Assembly: GCF_003918875.1 (NCBI RefSeq)
Contig: NW_025767102.1
Coordinates: forward strand, 868,001 to 932,000
Source: Haliotis rubra
Taxonomy: Eukaryota
Direction: 5' to 3'
Length of the DNA stretch: 64,000 bases
Both the position numbers and the translations under genes were made by a program. How positions within the stretch are numbered: position 1 is the first letter of the stretch; each line of letters starts with the position of its first letter. The notes under the pieces were generated by a model. It was not told where the DNA came from, ran no database searches, and saw nothing but the letters and a program-made list of their open reading frames with translations. This document shows, one piece after another, positions 12,727-25,500 of this stretch.

Positions 12727-13972
12727 AGTGAGTTAAGATTTTAAGTCACATCAGCTATATTTCAGCCATATCATCACTAAATCAAGCTATAGATATATAA
12801 TAATTAATAGTAAATTATATACACCTGTCAACGAAGGACAGTAAAACAACAAGACTATCACACATATAAATTTAAAACTAGTAATTAAGTCTAAAACACT
12901 TTAACTATACAAAACAATACAATATAAACCCAGGCTGTAGATCGCCAACAACTGAAGGTAGATCACCATACTAGAGACCATGGGGACTTACAGTACTTTA
13001 GCTACCTGCATGGACCCTACCTGGATTTACACCATCCCTTCGAATTCAGTCGCTGACGATTGTAGGAAAATTTTGCCCAAATTAAAATCACAAAAATGCT
13101 ACGTTTAAAAAATTCTGGTAAGTTTAAATTTACTATGAATGTATTTGGACTCACTTACCCTCTCTTACAATACTTCAACCCCCTTTGAGGATACAGCCCT
13201 GAACAATCTTAGTTGATAATCTAAACTACCAATAATAAAACATTTATCTATTTGCAAATCATGTAAAAATTTACGCAACAATTCTATTTCGTTAAAAAAA
13301 AACAATTTTTAAATGATAATTATCATCGTAGAAAATATCCCTAACTGTTTTGACATTGAAATATTTATCCCTTGTGATGGAAAAATCAATACATCCTAAG
13401 TGATGCAAAATGGAGGATCTTCGCCTTTTAACAGATACTCATGAGTATATCTAATATGGCATATCCGACATCATCGTATGACCTCCTCAAATCTGGACTG
13501 ACAACCCAAGTAGGTGTAACCGATGGTTGCCTTTATATGATGTAATTTATTCATACATACTTGGGTGTCCCACTTCTTTTGCAGATCACGGATATAAGAT
13601 CTAATAACAGCTATATAATCAGATTATTGGATAAGAAGTGGTATCACATATATGTTGAGTGCTGCCTTAGCAGCAAAATCGGCCGTTATGTTTCCAGAAA
13701 TACCAACATGGCTAATAACCAACAGAAGATGATGTCATACTGGCAAGTAGCAAGATCATTATATAATTCAATTATTTCGATTAAGAGTGGATGTTTAAAA
13801 GAAAGATTTTAAATAGACTGAAGGCACGAACGAAAGTCAGAACAGATCACATACTGTTTATATTTGAGGTATTTACCAATATATTTTAGGGTTGTTAATA
13901 TGGCGTTTGCTTCGGCTGTGAAAATTGAACTGACGTTGGGTAATCTAGAAGATATTGTTCTGGATACCAATA
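12727..13972 (-). mobile_element. 5'-truncated I-group LINE (RNase H end and 3'UTR)
   Basis: Reverse complement matches 60890-62170, including the terminal stem-loop and ACTC tail. Confidence 0.85.
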
Positions 13973-14129
13973 CTATAAATATGTAGATGAATAAGTATAT
14001 CTAATGTTACAATGCAATATATATGTATATAAATAAATATATCAAATTTCCATATTAGCATGTATGTTTTTCATGTTACTGATTATTTCTTGAGTGGCAT
14101 TTTAGTTGTAAAGATGAAGGAAAACCAAA

Positions 14130-14281
14130 TTCTATGGATAGTCAACTTCTTTATTGCAGTGAGTGCGACGTTTCGGTGTAGGTACTAATAACATCACTTG
14201 CTTGATAACGGTGTTAGTACCTCCCACACCGAAACAGATGTCGCACTCTCATGCAATGAAGGAAGTTGACTATCCATAGAA
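14130..14281. repeat. About 150-bp imperfect palindrome resembling inverted Penelope-like pLTR ends
   Basis: Arms TTCTATGGATAGTCAACTTC / GAAGTTGACTATCCATAGAA, with ACACCGAAAC(GTC) and AATAAA-like motifs in each arm. Confidence 0.6.
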
Positions 14282-15282
14282 GATCGAAAGGTGTTTCTTT
14301 TTTCCTTTATGTTACTGATTGTCACACCAAAAACCTATGTATTTATTCTTTGCCGATGGCGCCGGCGATGAAGTCGTCATGAAGGTCCCAACGTATCCGC
14401 TGTGTCCCTTCTTGTGAGACGGGCAATAGCGCTGCCACTTGTGCCTGTACATCTAGTGAATGATGTTTTGGTGACAGACATTAAAGGAAGCCCCTGACGG
14501 TCGAAATGTGGTACATTACACATATTATGTAACAACGTTTTGAGTGGAAGAAAAACACGGGCGGAGCTTGTGGAACCACTATGAGACCGTGGAGCCACGT
14601 ACAAAAACCCACGTGGAAGGCTGGCACCGGAAACTCAGTCTCCAAACAGCCAGCTCACATCCAAATATCTTTAAGTTCATAGATTCTTAAAAACAGAGCA
14701 GGTATACATGGAAGGCAGCGTACTGCTTCTACGAGGTGGTGGCTCGAAACCACCTCGCAATAGGAAATATAGACAACTGGACAATGCCTTGTCTCTGTAC
14801 AAGAGGCATTATATCAGTAGGGTCAAGTGTATCATGGCGTATCGTGAAGCAGTCTCACATTTAACTGGGTGTTAAATGAACGTCTGTGAACTTGTCATTT
14901 ACAGGAAACTGTATATATGTATGTATATATTTACATTGTTATTGTAAACGAGAATAAGACATGGATGAATGTATATTTATGAATTTATTCATATTTATTA
15001 TGTATGTATAAGAAATGAATATTATGAATCTATAATTTGTACAGTATGAGTATGCATTGCATGTAATATACGAGAATTTGATATGTTTCTGTGTTTTGTT
15101 ACTATATGATACAAGGGCTACCAAATATCCCAGTCCGACTAGGGTGACCAAATGTCACAGGGGATTAAATAAAAAGCGCACCTTACTTTACCTGAGATTC
15201 AAAAGATTTGGAAAATACGACTGTTCAAACTATGATCTTATATGGCAAAAATGTCCTTGCTTACAAACAAGAGAAAAGTCTG

Positions 15283-15431
15283 GTCACGTGATAAACTTAC
15301 ACACGTGGTGTGAACACTGGAACAGAAACGTGTTATAAACGAGCAGAGTAAGATTGAGAGTTATCAGCTATTGTTGTCAGAACGGTGAGGTAGGGTAACT
15401 GCTGAATTCGCCCTCGAAGCATTAGGTGAGT
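15283..15431 (+). promoter_or_regulatory. Putative core promoter and non-coding first exon of copy 2
   Basis: TATAAA 15334-15339, Inr-like TCAG about 30 nt downstream, donors GTGAGG 15385 and GTGAGT 15426, upstream CACGTG and TGATAA. The block is conserved upstream of copy 3, and the ATG exon is preceded by an AG acceptor. Confidence 0.6.
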
Positions 15432-17049
15432 TGAATTTGTTACATGTCTTTCCTTTCATTAGCTGCTGACACTGGTAATGAGCTGTAATAGTCCAGTGTA
15501 TAATGTTACCTTGTTTTAGAAAAGGGATATTTGCGAATTTGTATATTTTTATAAACCCATTGACTTCATGTGTAAAAATAATAGAGATTTTTTGTCTTTA
15601 AAAACCACTGTTTACCAGACGTGTACATTTTGTTGGTGGTGTCCAGACACTGACTAGTCCATTCAACCTATATCATTTGTACTCTTGATACTCTCTTCAT
15701 CTCTACTGCCATCAATGTTCTGGGACACAGGCATGATGTATCAAGTTATAGAACAAGTCTTATTCATTGTGGAAAGGATTACCATGGTAGTGTTTGATTT
15801 TGTCCAAAACAGTATCATCTCTCTTGAAAAACACCTGGTAAGAGCCCATGATGTCCCTTCACTTTGTTTACCTCAAGATCAAACTCTTAAAGCTCACCTG
15901 CAAGGCCTGTACCAATATATACAAACGGCACTTCATTCTTTGAGACAAATATGTTCTCAAATTGAAGTTCCTGATAGGTATCTGGAACATTATCGCTTAC
16001 ATTTCATCCGCCCCATTGTAAGAAACAAAACAACGTACAGAGAGCTTCCATAGCATCATATTGTAGATGCAAAACTCCATTCCCATCAGGGGTGTCTTCA
16101 GCAAAGAAAACAAAGGAATCCTTCCTTAGAAATGGCGGTAGATATAAGCTATAGAACTTTTTTCAACGACTGTATGGCAGTATATGTTTCCAGCAACAGA
16201 GGATAGCCTGTATAGGATGCAATAGGTGTGTGCACTTAGCACATGTTGTGGACTGTATGGGCTAATTCAAAAACCGGAGTATTTTCCTTTTCACATGAAA
16301 ACCTGAATATTCCAGATTTCCTCCGCTTGTATTTGACATGTCTTCTCAGTCTTTGCACCATAACAATATATCTGACATACTGTAAGTATTGTTCTGTCAA
16401 TTTTACTGTTTTTGCAAGATCTGTCGCCATTGTCCAGCCTTTGAGTGTGTATGAAACATTGTCTTTAGTGTTTTTTAATATGGATTGTTTGGTTTTATCT
16501 TTTTTGTCAAACATTTCAAAAGAATGTACAACAGGTGGTTTACTTTTGTGTTGAGTGGAGAACAGACCTTGCTCATGATGTTTCAGAAATGATTTGTCCT
16601 TTAGATGAATAGATAGGGACGTGCCTGTTCAATAGAGACGTTTAAGTTTTGGCGATATCTTGCACACTGTATTTGAATTTTATTTTTGGCAATGGAACAG
16701 AAATTAGTGGAATGTATGGATACTTTCGTAATTAAGGAGAAACCCGAATAGCCGAGTCGAATAAAAACACAAGAAAATATGTTCATTTCATAACAAGAAT
16801 GACATAATAGTTTTCAAATATCAATGTATAATGGTAGCACAGTAGCTTCCAGTAGATATATCTTTTTCACAGAAATATTGTATCTATATTTGTAGATCTA
16901 ATTTATTTATAATTAAAGCACTAACATTCAGTAAGTATCACAGCATCAGTAGGTAGCACTGTAGCTTTCAGTTGTCATAATATATACATAGTTCATGTAC
17001 AGTTATCCAAGTTTTATGAGGTTGGCCACCGCACCACGGTACTGGAGTG

Positions 17050-18270
17050 GGGTCTTCTCTCCGCCACTTGGCGTGTTTTTAACCTCATGATACTGTGGTT
17101 ATCTCTCTGTGGATTCGCTTGCGACTTGGAGGAGCAGCCCCAAAGTCGAGGTGTCTCAGCTTGACTCTGTCAGCCATCTCGATCCTCCAAAACAAAGCGA
17201 ATGATGTTGGAGTGGCGTTGTGGAAGGGCCCTGTTTACCTAACTGTTGTTGTTGGTCCTTGATCCTACGGTGTCATGATGGTTCCAAAATGACAGGGGGA
17301 AGCGGCTGTCGTAGTCCACCCATGTCACGACCATGTAATCCTCAAAGTCCTCGATGCGGTCAGAGGTTGGGGAGGAGTTCATGGCATCAATCCAAGTGTT
17401 TTGAACCCGATCTTGAGGTAGCAAGGCAAGGGCGGATGCTCTCCTGATGAACTGCTTCACAGCTGGATCCTCCTTGTATGCAACTGCGAGACCTAGTGCT
17501 TGTGTCTTCCTCCACTGGGCTTTGGAGAAACGGAAGTAGCATCCCTTGGTCTCTGCATTTGGAAATTCCGTCTCTATGGCCTGGATGGTGGCAAGCTCAA
17601 AGTCTGTCTGTATTCTTGCTGGGGCCAAGGACGATTCAGTTCCTCGCCCTGAGGAGACAGTCTTACGTAGGTGGTCTCTCAACGATCAGGCAGAAGGGCA
17701 AAATCTAAGGGGTATGACACAGAGATAAATGATGTAAACCTGATCCCAAAGCTCAGGAAATGAGGTGAAAGTTCCATCCATGTAGATGGTATCAGCGGTC
17801 TGCAACACCTGGAGCAGTTCAGTGACAGAGAACACCAGAATCTTGTCTTGTTCTCCACTAGAAAGAAGAAGGAAACGGCGTCCATTACTTGTCTTTGTCG
17901 ACTTGTCTTCCAAATCTACATCTCGGAGGGTAGCAGGTAACGCTGGTATGGTCATGCGGCGGTGTCTGCAGACAGAACTGCTTACGCTGGGAAAAGATGG
18001 AATAACGAGTAGGTTCTGTCCATTCTCTACTGCAAGCTGTTCTGTGTACAAGGTCTGCATCTCTGTAGTCTCTTCTCTTGCTCGCTTGCGCAGCGCAGTT
18101 CACTGTCAAACTTATGCTTGGTACCGTCATCAGGTGCGTGGTTGTGCTCGTTCTGTGTACGAAGGAAGTCTCCGACAGTTGAACATCTCCCTATGCAGGT
18201 CTTGACCATGCATCTCCAGCTGATGCAGATCTGTCTGACCTTATTTCTGGTGTCCGGGTGGCAATTGTCC
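17050..18270 (-). mobile_element. MULE transposase pseudogene with FLYWCH-like N-terminus
   Basis: WRCMVKTC..HNH, YMDGTF, IQTDFELA..KGCYFRFSKAQWRK, WNHHDTVGSRTNN; frameshifted. Confidence 0.9.
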
Positions 18271-19598
18271 TGCTCCCGCGTAATACAATATAAAATGTAA
18301 AAACTGTCACAATTTATTTATATTTTCATTCAAAGCACTAAATTACCGTTCTAGCATAAATTACGTGACTATCAATTTAATTAACTTTCATGCACATTTC
18401 CTAGCAATCATTAGCAATTTATTCATAGACCTATTCAAGCATTCGATTAAAAATTTGATACGAGCTGTTACAATCATGTTTTAGAAGACAAATATGCATA
18501 TACTCTCTCTGTGCAGCGTACTCGCATAACTATATTATATATTTAATGCATAATATTAACACATGCTCGAGTACATCAGCTTTACACCTAATGTATACGG
18601 TTTGTTTTGTTTTCCTTTTCCCTTTTGTTTACGTTTCACCTAGTGACTGACGTGCTGTCATCCCCATTGATAGGAGAGATTTCTTTCCACATTTCCCAAT
18701 GTTTAAATGAATCCGACTGTTCTGGATTAAAGCAGCCAGTAAGATAAATGTCACGCAAATATAAAAATAGTTTGAACGCTTCATTCCATAAAACAAACAT
18801 GCAAAAAGTCTGTTGGCATGAAAAACCCTGGGAAATATAAGTTCAAAAAGGCAATTGCATCTAATGCGTCAAATTTGAAAACGATCCTCTGTATGCCTGC
18901 CAAAATACCCTTTGTAATAATCCTGATATAAAATACTTTTTGTACAAGAGTCAATTGTACATCGTTTGAGCTGCAAAAGCATAGTTTTTCAGATATCTTC
19001 TGGTGGGAGAGAACTGGCTATTTTATTATTGCATCATCAGATCATTGATACAGCTGAAACTACATGTATGTTTTGCCAATTCGAGCAGAAAATTCAATTC
19101 ACATGCAGATTGGAACAGATCAGCAAGAAGGACGTCATCAAAGTATATATTGTCACTGACGGGGTCTATACACAGAGCAGGTACCCCGTCAGTAGCAATA
19201 TATACCTTGATGCTACTTTTGCGTTGACAGTCTATGTGACAACGTCAAGGAACAAAAAGCGCCATCATTTTACCCCAAATCTTTGAGAAATAATGTCATA
19301 CACTTGCTTCCAAGATTACAATAATGTATCAGAAGGGAAAGTGCTTTTGAACATTGAAGATTTATTGTGAATATGGAAAGCCTTTTGTCACGAATATCTT
19401 CTCCAACATAAAATATGTTATATCTAATGTAAAATGAACTTGTGAAATATCCTTTCTGTTGTCGATTAAAACATCAATTATGGTAATTTTCCACATAATA
19501 ATTAAACAAGAGAACACATTTGATTCCAATTTTTGAGCATGGTAAAATGCATGTTAACACAAATTTGGCGACAGAAATATTATGCTCTTTACAAGGAT

Positions 19599-22500
19599 AT
19601 GGCCGGACGTCACACACAGGCACGGTTTAACTTCATCCTCAGGAAAAAATTGACGCCTCGTGATATCGCAGACATGTTCAACGATTTTGCTGAAGACTAT
19701 GAACAGGTAACATAAAGTAGTAACATAAATCCGTCGTTTAGTTTCAATGTTCAATGCTTAAAGTTTTTTAAGGATTACATCCCGAGGCCCAAGGATTTTA
19801 CTCAGGGCATATGGATAACATTTCAAAATTTGTCCAAAATGAAGAACATAAAGTTGTCTCTATCTCTATCTTTCTTTGTACTTTGTGCTGACATGGTGCA
19901 AATCCAGTTCTGCCTGTAGGTGTATTTCAACATCGGTTGGAGACCTTATGAAGTTGTCGGAGACTTCATGGCTAAAATCATTCCAGAGGAAAATAGATCT
20001 AAACTGAAAGTCTTGGACGTTGGAGCTGGCACAGGTCTTCTCGGAAATAAGGTAACTAATAGCTCAAAGACCTTTTCACATCTATGGGAAATCTCTTCTA
20101 AAAGCAGAATCGATTGTACAATTCTGACTACATCATGAGCATATGTTTATGCATTACTACCAATTGCCACCACTGCCCAACAGGTGGCACTCATCAAAAT
20201 CAAATACATGTCAGTTGTTCAAAATAAGGTCAAAATAAGGAATTGCCTTTTGTCACTGATGCGTCAAATTTGAAAAAAATCACCAACATGTCTACAATAA
20301 ACTGTTTTAAAATTTTACTGAAATCTTTGACTGTGACCTTGACTGTAACAACTTCTAAGCAAGTATCATATATGACTCTCTTTGAAATCTTGATTAAAAA
20401 GAACATGCTCGGTTGTACAAAAAAGGTTGAGAAATGTAAACAGCAAAGGCTGGACGATATTTAAGGAAAGTTTCAATTAAGTTCAGTTTGCGATTTATAG
20501 CCTACAGTATCCTTACTGATACGACAGCTTCTAATACCACTAAAATATTGTAGATTTGTACTTTCCGAATCTTGAAAACATTTTATAATATATATTTACT
20601 GAATATTTTACTCTAGAGAATGAAAACATCACATTTTCTTCTCAAATGTTTTGCATGTCGTAAAAGTGGTGTTGACAGGGTTGACAACTTGTTATAGGTT
20701 ATTTTTGACATTCTTTGGTTATGGATGGGACATCTCTTCAGACCGATATTGAGAGACAGTCACAAATCTGCCTCAACAAAATTTATAGTTGGTGTCTTAA
20801 AAACGAGTTTAAGTTTTCTAAATCCAAAACCAATTGTAAACATTTCTGGAGAAAAAAACAAACCTCATAAAGACCCTGAATTAAATCTTTAAATGGAAAC
20901 ACCCATCAAAATTGTGAAGGAAGCTAAGTTCCTTGGTCTCATCTTTGACTCGCATTTAACCTTTCTGCCACATATTAAATCCCTAAAAGCCAAATGCCTC
21001 AAGACGCTCGATTTGTTAAAAGTCGTTTCAAATCAAAGTGGGCAGGGGACCAAACTACCCTCCTACACTTATAGAGATAACTGTCCGATCGATACTTGAT
21101 TATGGCTCCATCGTATATGGTGGGGCCTGTAAAAGCAACCTCAAACTACTTGATACTGTCTACCACCAAGGTCTTTACGTTGAGGCTTCGCCGTATTAAA
21201 TTATCTTTACAATATATCACAAAGCTACAGTCAAATGAATTCGATCCTGCACACAGTTGTGTTTTTAATCCTCTTTATGAGGATCTATATAATAAAAAGT
21301 CCTGACTTGTTCCACCTCTTGGGATAAGAATTAAACCATTCATTTCTGATGCAGGCACTTAACTGGAAAAGATATCTCCTTCCCGTCTTCTTTCTTCTCC
21401 TCCTTGGCAATTGATGATGTCACAAGTTGACCTAACACTAACAACATTTAAAAAGTCAGAAACAAATGAATTACAATATTAACAAGAATTTATACAATTA
21501 CAAAATATATATAATACATACAAATCTTTATTTCCAAGGATGGTGGAGCAGTTGCTTGTGCCACTGTCATTGGATCCAGAACTGTATCTTCCAGGTTACC
21601 AGGCGACAGCTCTATTTTCACAGCCGAGGCTAACGCCATATTAACAGCTCTTAGATATATTAATAAACACCGTAACTATAAACAATGCGTAATATTTTCA
21701 GACTCGCTTTCTTCCCCTCAGGCTATTAAGAATTTGTCTTCTTAACATCCATTTTTAATTGCAACAACTGAATTGTATAATGATCTGGCTACTGGCCAAT
21801 GCGACATCGTCCTCTTGGTTACCCAGCCACATTGGAATTTCTGGTAACACGATGGCCGATTTTTGCTGCTAAAGCAGCACTCAACAAATCTGTGGCACCA
21901 ATACTTATTCCATACTCTGATTATCCCCCGCAACGCATTTTGCGGGGGTATTAAAATGGTCTCCGTCTGTGTGTGCGTGCGTCCGTGCACATTTGTCTTT
22001 TCCGGAGCAGAACTTTAAAACCGTTCAATATTTCTTCACCAAACTTGGCACATAGATAGATCTGGTGGTGTACTGGTGCCTTTTGGTAGTTTTGGATTTC
22101 TGAATAAAATATATTTGCATTTCCATGCCAACAAGTTTGACTTAGACTGAAACTGGTGGTAGTGCTCCTTTCTGGAGCAGAACTTTTAAAACCTTTCAAT
22201 ACTCTCCTTCCACTTTTCTATATACACGCCAAAACATTTGACATAATCTTAACTCGTAGACATATTCATGAAGAGTATTTTGCCCTTGCGGGGGATATTG
22301 ATGACTTTGTCTTCTTGTTATAAAGCAATCATCAGATCTTATATCCGTGATCTGATGCAGAAGAAGTGGGACACCCACTCAATGACTCACCCTTCAGACC
22401 GAAAATACTTGTAACTGAGCATTTGTACTTAATACTTTTCAGCTAAAGAATCATGGATTCACACACGTCGATGGTTTGGATCCAGCAAAGAATATGCTGA

Positions 22501-25500
22501 ATGTAGCCAAAAGGCGCAACATCTACCAAAGATACATCTGTGCATTCATTAACAAAGACAGAAACAATGCCATAGAAACGGGTGAGAAACACAAAGTAAA
22601 TGCTTAGTGTGGTCATTTGCATTGGGTCGACATAACTGATATCAAAACCACTCAAATAGAAATATGTCTGAGATTTATTATTAAAATATTTATCAGATGT
22701 TATATGATAAAATCATGATTTTCATCAACGTGAATTGTGCTCGGTTTTTAGGTGAAATGTGCATGGCGTCATGGGCTATTTATTTCTAATGAACGTTGTT
22801 AGCCATGCTGGTTGTATCTGTCAGTGTTACAATTGGTCTCATGGGTTTCACCAAAGTAGTAAACGGATGACTCCAAGATCACCTTGGGCATTCCTCAAAT
22901 ATCAAGCTGAAAGACCGCTAAGGGATAAATATTTCACCACTGTTTCATTTTCATTTAATTATTGGTTTTTAAACAAAATTGATTTAATTGATGAATTTTG
23001 ATTACGATATTCTGTAGATAGATGTATTTTAATGATTGGTAATTTAGATTAGTAACTTAGATTGTTAGTGGCTGTACCCTCAATGGGGGTTAAAGTATTA
23101 TAAAATTATTGTCCACCTGAGAGGGTACGTAAGTCCCGAAACATTTAAAGTAAATTTCAACTTACCAGATTTTTTTTAAAGTAGTATTTTTGTGATTTTA
23201 ATTTATGGCTACATTCGACTACAATCGCTAGCGGCTGAAGGGATGATATATATCCAGCTAGGGTTCATGCAGGTAGCAAAAGTACTGTCAATCCCAATGC
23301 TAGCATGGCGATCTTCAGTTGTTTGCGGTCAATAGCCTATTTGTAAATTCTATTGACCAAAAGTAGGTTTCTACTTTTAAAGATAATAATATTATAGATT
23401 ATATAGATGATGCCCATTACCTACCCACACACAATTATCTGAGTAGTACAGGGGGGGTTCTGCCGCAGATGCGGCTTAGAGGCTTATTTGTGGGAATTAA
23501 GCCTTACAGCCCCCATTAAAAACATCCTTCGATGTGCAAAAAAAGAGATAGAAAGGTTAAAAAGTAGCAAAACGTCCCCGGCAGCCACACTTCCCCAAGG
23601 GTGAAATCGAAAGATTGATGGTTGCACATTTTTCTCCCAAGGGGAATTGCGTCGGCTGCCTTTCTCTCGCCGTGAGAGTGCCCCGCTCAGCTAGGCCCTT
23701 TTGACTGCCCCAACTGATGTGATCCTGATTCCTTACCGAAACACCACAACCATCACCACTGAAAGTTGCAAGGAATCCACTGAGGCAACGGCGGAATACT
23801 AACTGATAATGCATAGCTGCGCCACTATCCATTATAAGCCCGCACCACTCAACCAATTGCGCTACCAGGGACTTGATAGCTAAATTTCGGTTTAACGGGT
23901 CTATCCTGAGATTGCATCATCCTCTTAAACCGGGCTCCGTCTATAGTAGCGCACAGGATGTCTGAAACCAGTTTTATGATGTCATTCCACTTCCGCTTCA
24001 AACATTAAAAATGAGATCGCTCACTTCGAACACGTTTGGTGGCTTTTCACCTCGCATTGAGGTTTTTCTGTATGTAAATCGATGTTTTCCAGGCCAACGG
24101 ATGTTTACTCCCGTTATAATTTCAACTTCTCGGTCGGGTGATGCTTCCCCGAGAAAGACTTCGATATAAAGCATAGAATTGTTTGGAATCCTTTTGTGAA
24201 ATCGGTCATGTCTTCGAATTCAAGCACCAACTTACAAAACTCGTAGTTCGACTATCCCGCCGACTCGCTAGCAAATGACCCGCTTTATTCGGGATGAGGC
24301 TCATGATCACACTCCTTCGTTGCGAGGGGACGTAAGCCGCGATGAGAATCCCCTTATTGAGGACTTTCGGTAGATAATTATCCCTCGGCTCTACAAACAC
24401 GTAGGGAAAAACGAGGGTGATATCGAGTAGCCAGTCGATTTGTGAGGAGATCAACGTCCATTGGTTATCATCGGTTAGGACGAACTGGTACAACATGTTT
24501 TTTAAGAGACCTCGGGCCTCGACATTGTCTAAATCGCCTAGATTGCCATCGAATGCTGGGACCATCACCCATTTGTTATTGTCGTTGAGGACGAGATTGT
24601 ACTGGGTGTTTTTCAAGAGCCCTCCGGTTATGACATCGTCTTAATCTCCTAGGTTACCACCACCACCACTGCATCCCCTCGCCTGTAAGTGTTGCTTCTT
24701 AATTCTAAACCGTATATTTTGCCTTCGACCCCAGGTTCGTCGAAGCCGCACGTGTGAAAGGACGTTGGCCTTGAATATTATCGGTCGTGCTTACCCGGTC
24801 GAGATGAACGAACACCTCGTGATAGACCACGAGGCTTGGTAATTTCGAACCTGTGACGGTGTCTCAGGGTTGTACGTTGTTCGACGGCAACCCGAGAGTT
24901 CTCGCCAAGGGCCTACCGAATCGGATGGGATTTTCCCCATTCGTGAACGTCAGCGTGCCATTCGACTCGTTGAGTTTGAGGCTGGCTCCAATCGGTTTCA
25001 AAATGTCATAGTTGAGCATACACACCCTATAATGACCGTCGGACAACTCGTGGCGATTTTCATCGATGAATAGCTTGTTGTTCCCTTGATGTTGACTGAT
25101 GTTCGTCCATCTTGGGTAGTAGGTGAGATCGCATAGCATGACTTCGAGGTCCCCCGACGTGTTATCGATCGCGTGCAGCAGTAAAAGGGGCTCGCCGTTC
25201 GTGATTCCCGGGAGCGTGATGTACATGTTACACATATACGAGAGACTGTGGTATACTTTCAATATGTCTACACCCAAGTACCAGGCTGGAGTGATTTGTC
25301 CTAAAAGCAATACGAAGGTCACCACTACCGATCTCACGCACATGAAGATCGTGGTGGATGCAATGGAGGGTTCCCACTTTCGAGCTCGATTTATCAATGT
25401 TTTTCAAAGTATAGGCTGACGATCACGAACGTCAAGGCAGTCCACGCATGGTTTAACAACCCGATGCCGTTCTGGCAGAATCAACTCAATTTTGCCGCGT

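Larger units (their letters stand above)
12400..14850 (+). mobile_element. MULE (Mutator-like) transposase remnant interrupted by LINE and Penelope-like inserts
   Basis: FLYWCH-like GRQYLV..KFS..VHWKCCNKDCTSTIR at 12430-12560; C-terminal WNH/VEGWHRKL/PNIFKFI-type motifs at 14370-14850. TIRs not found. Confidence 0.7.
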
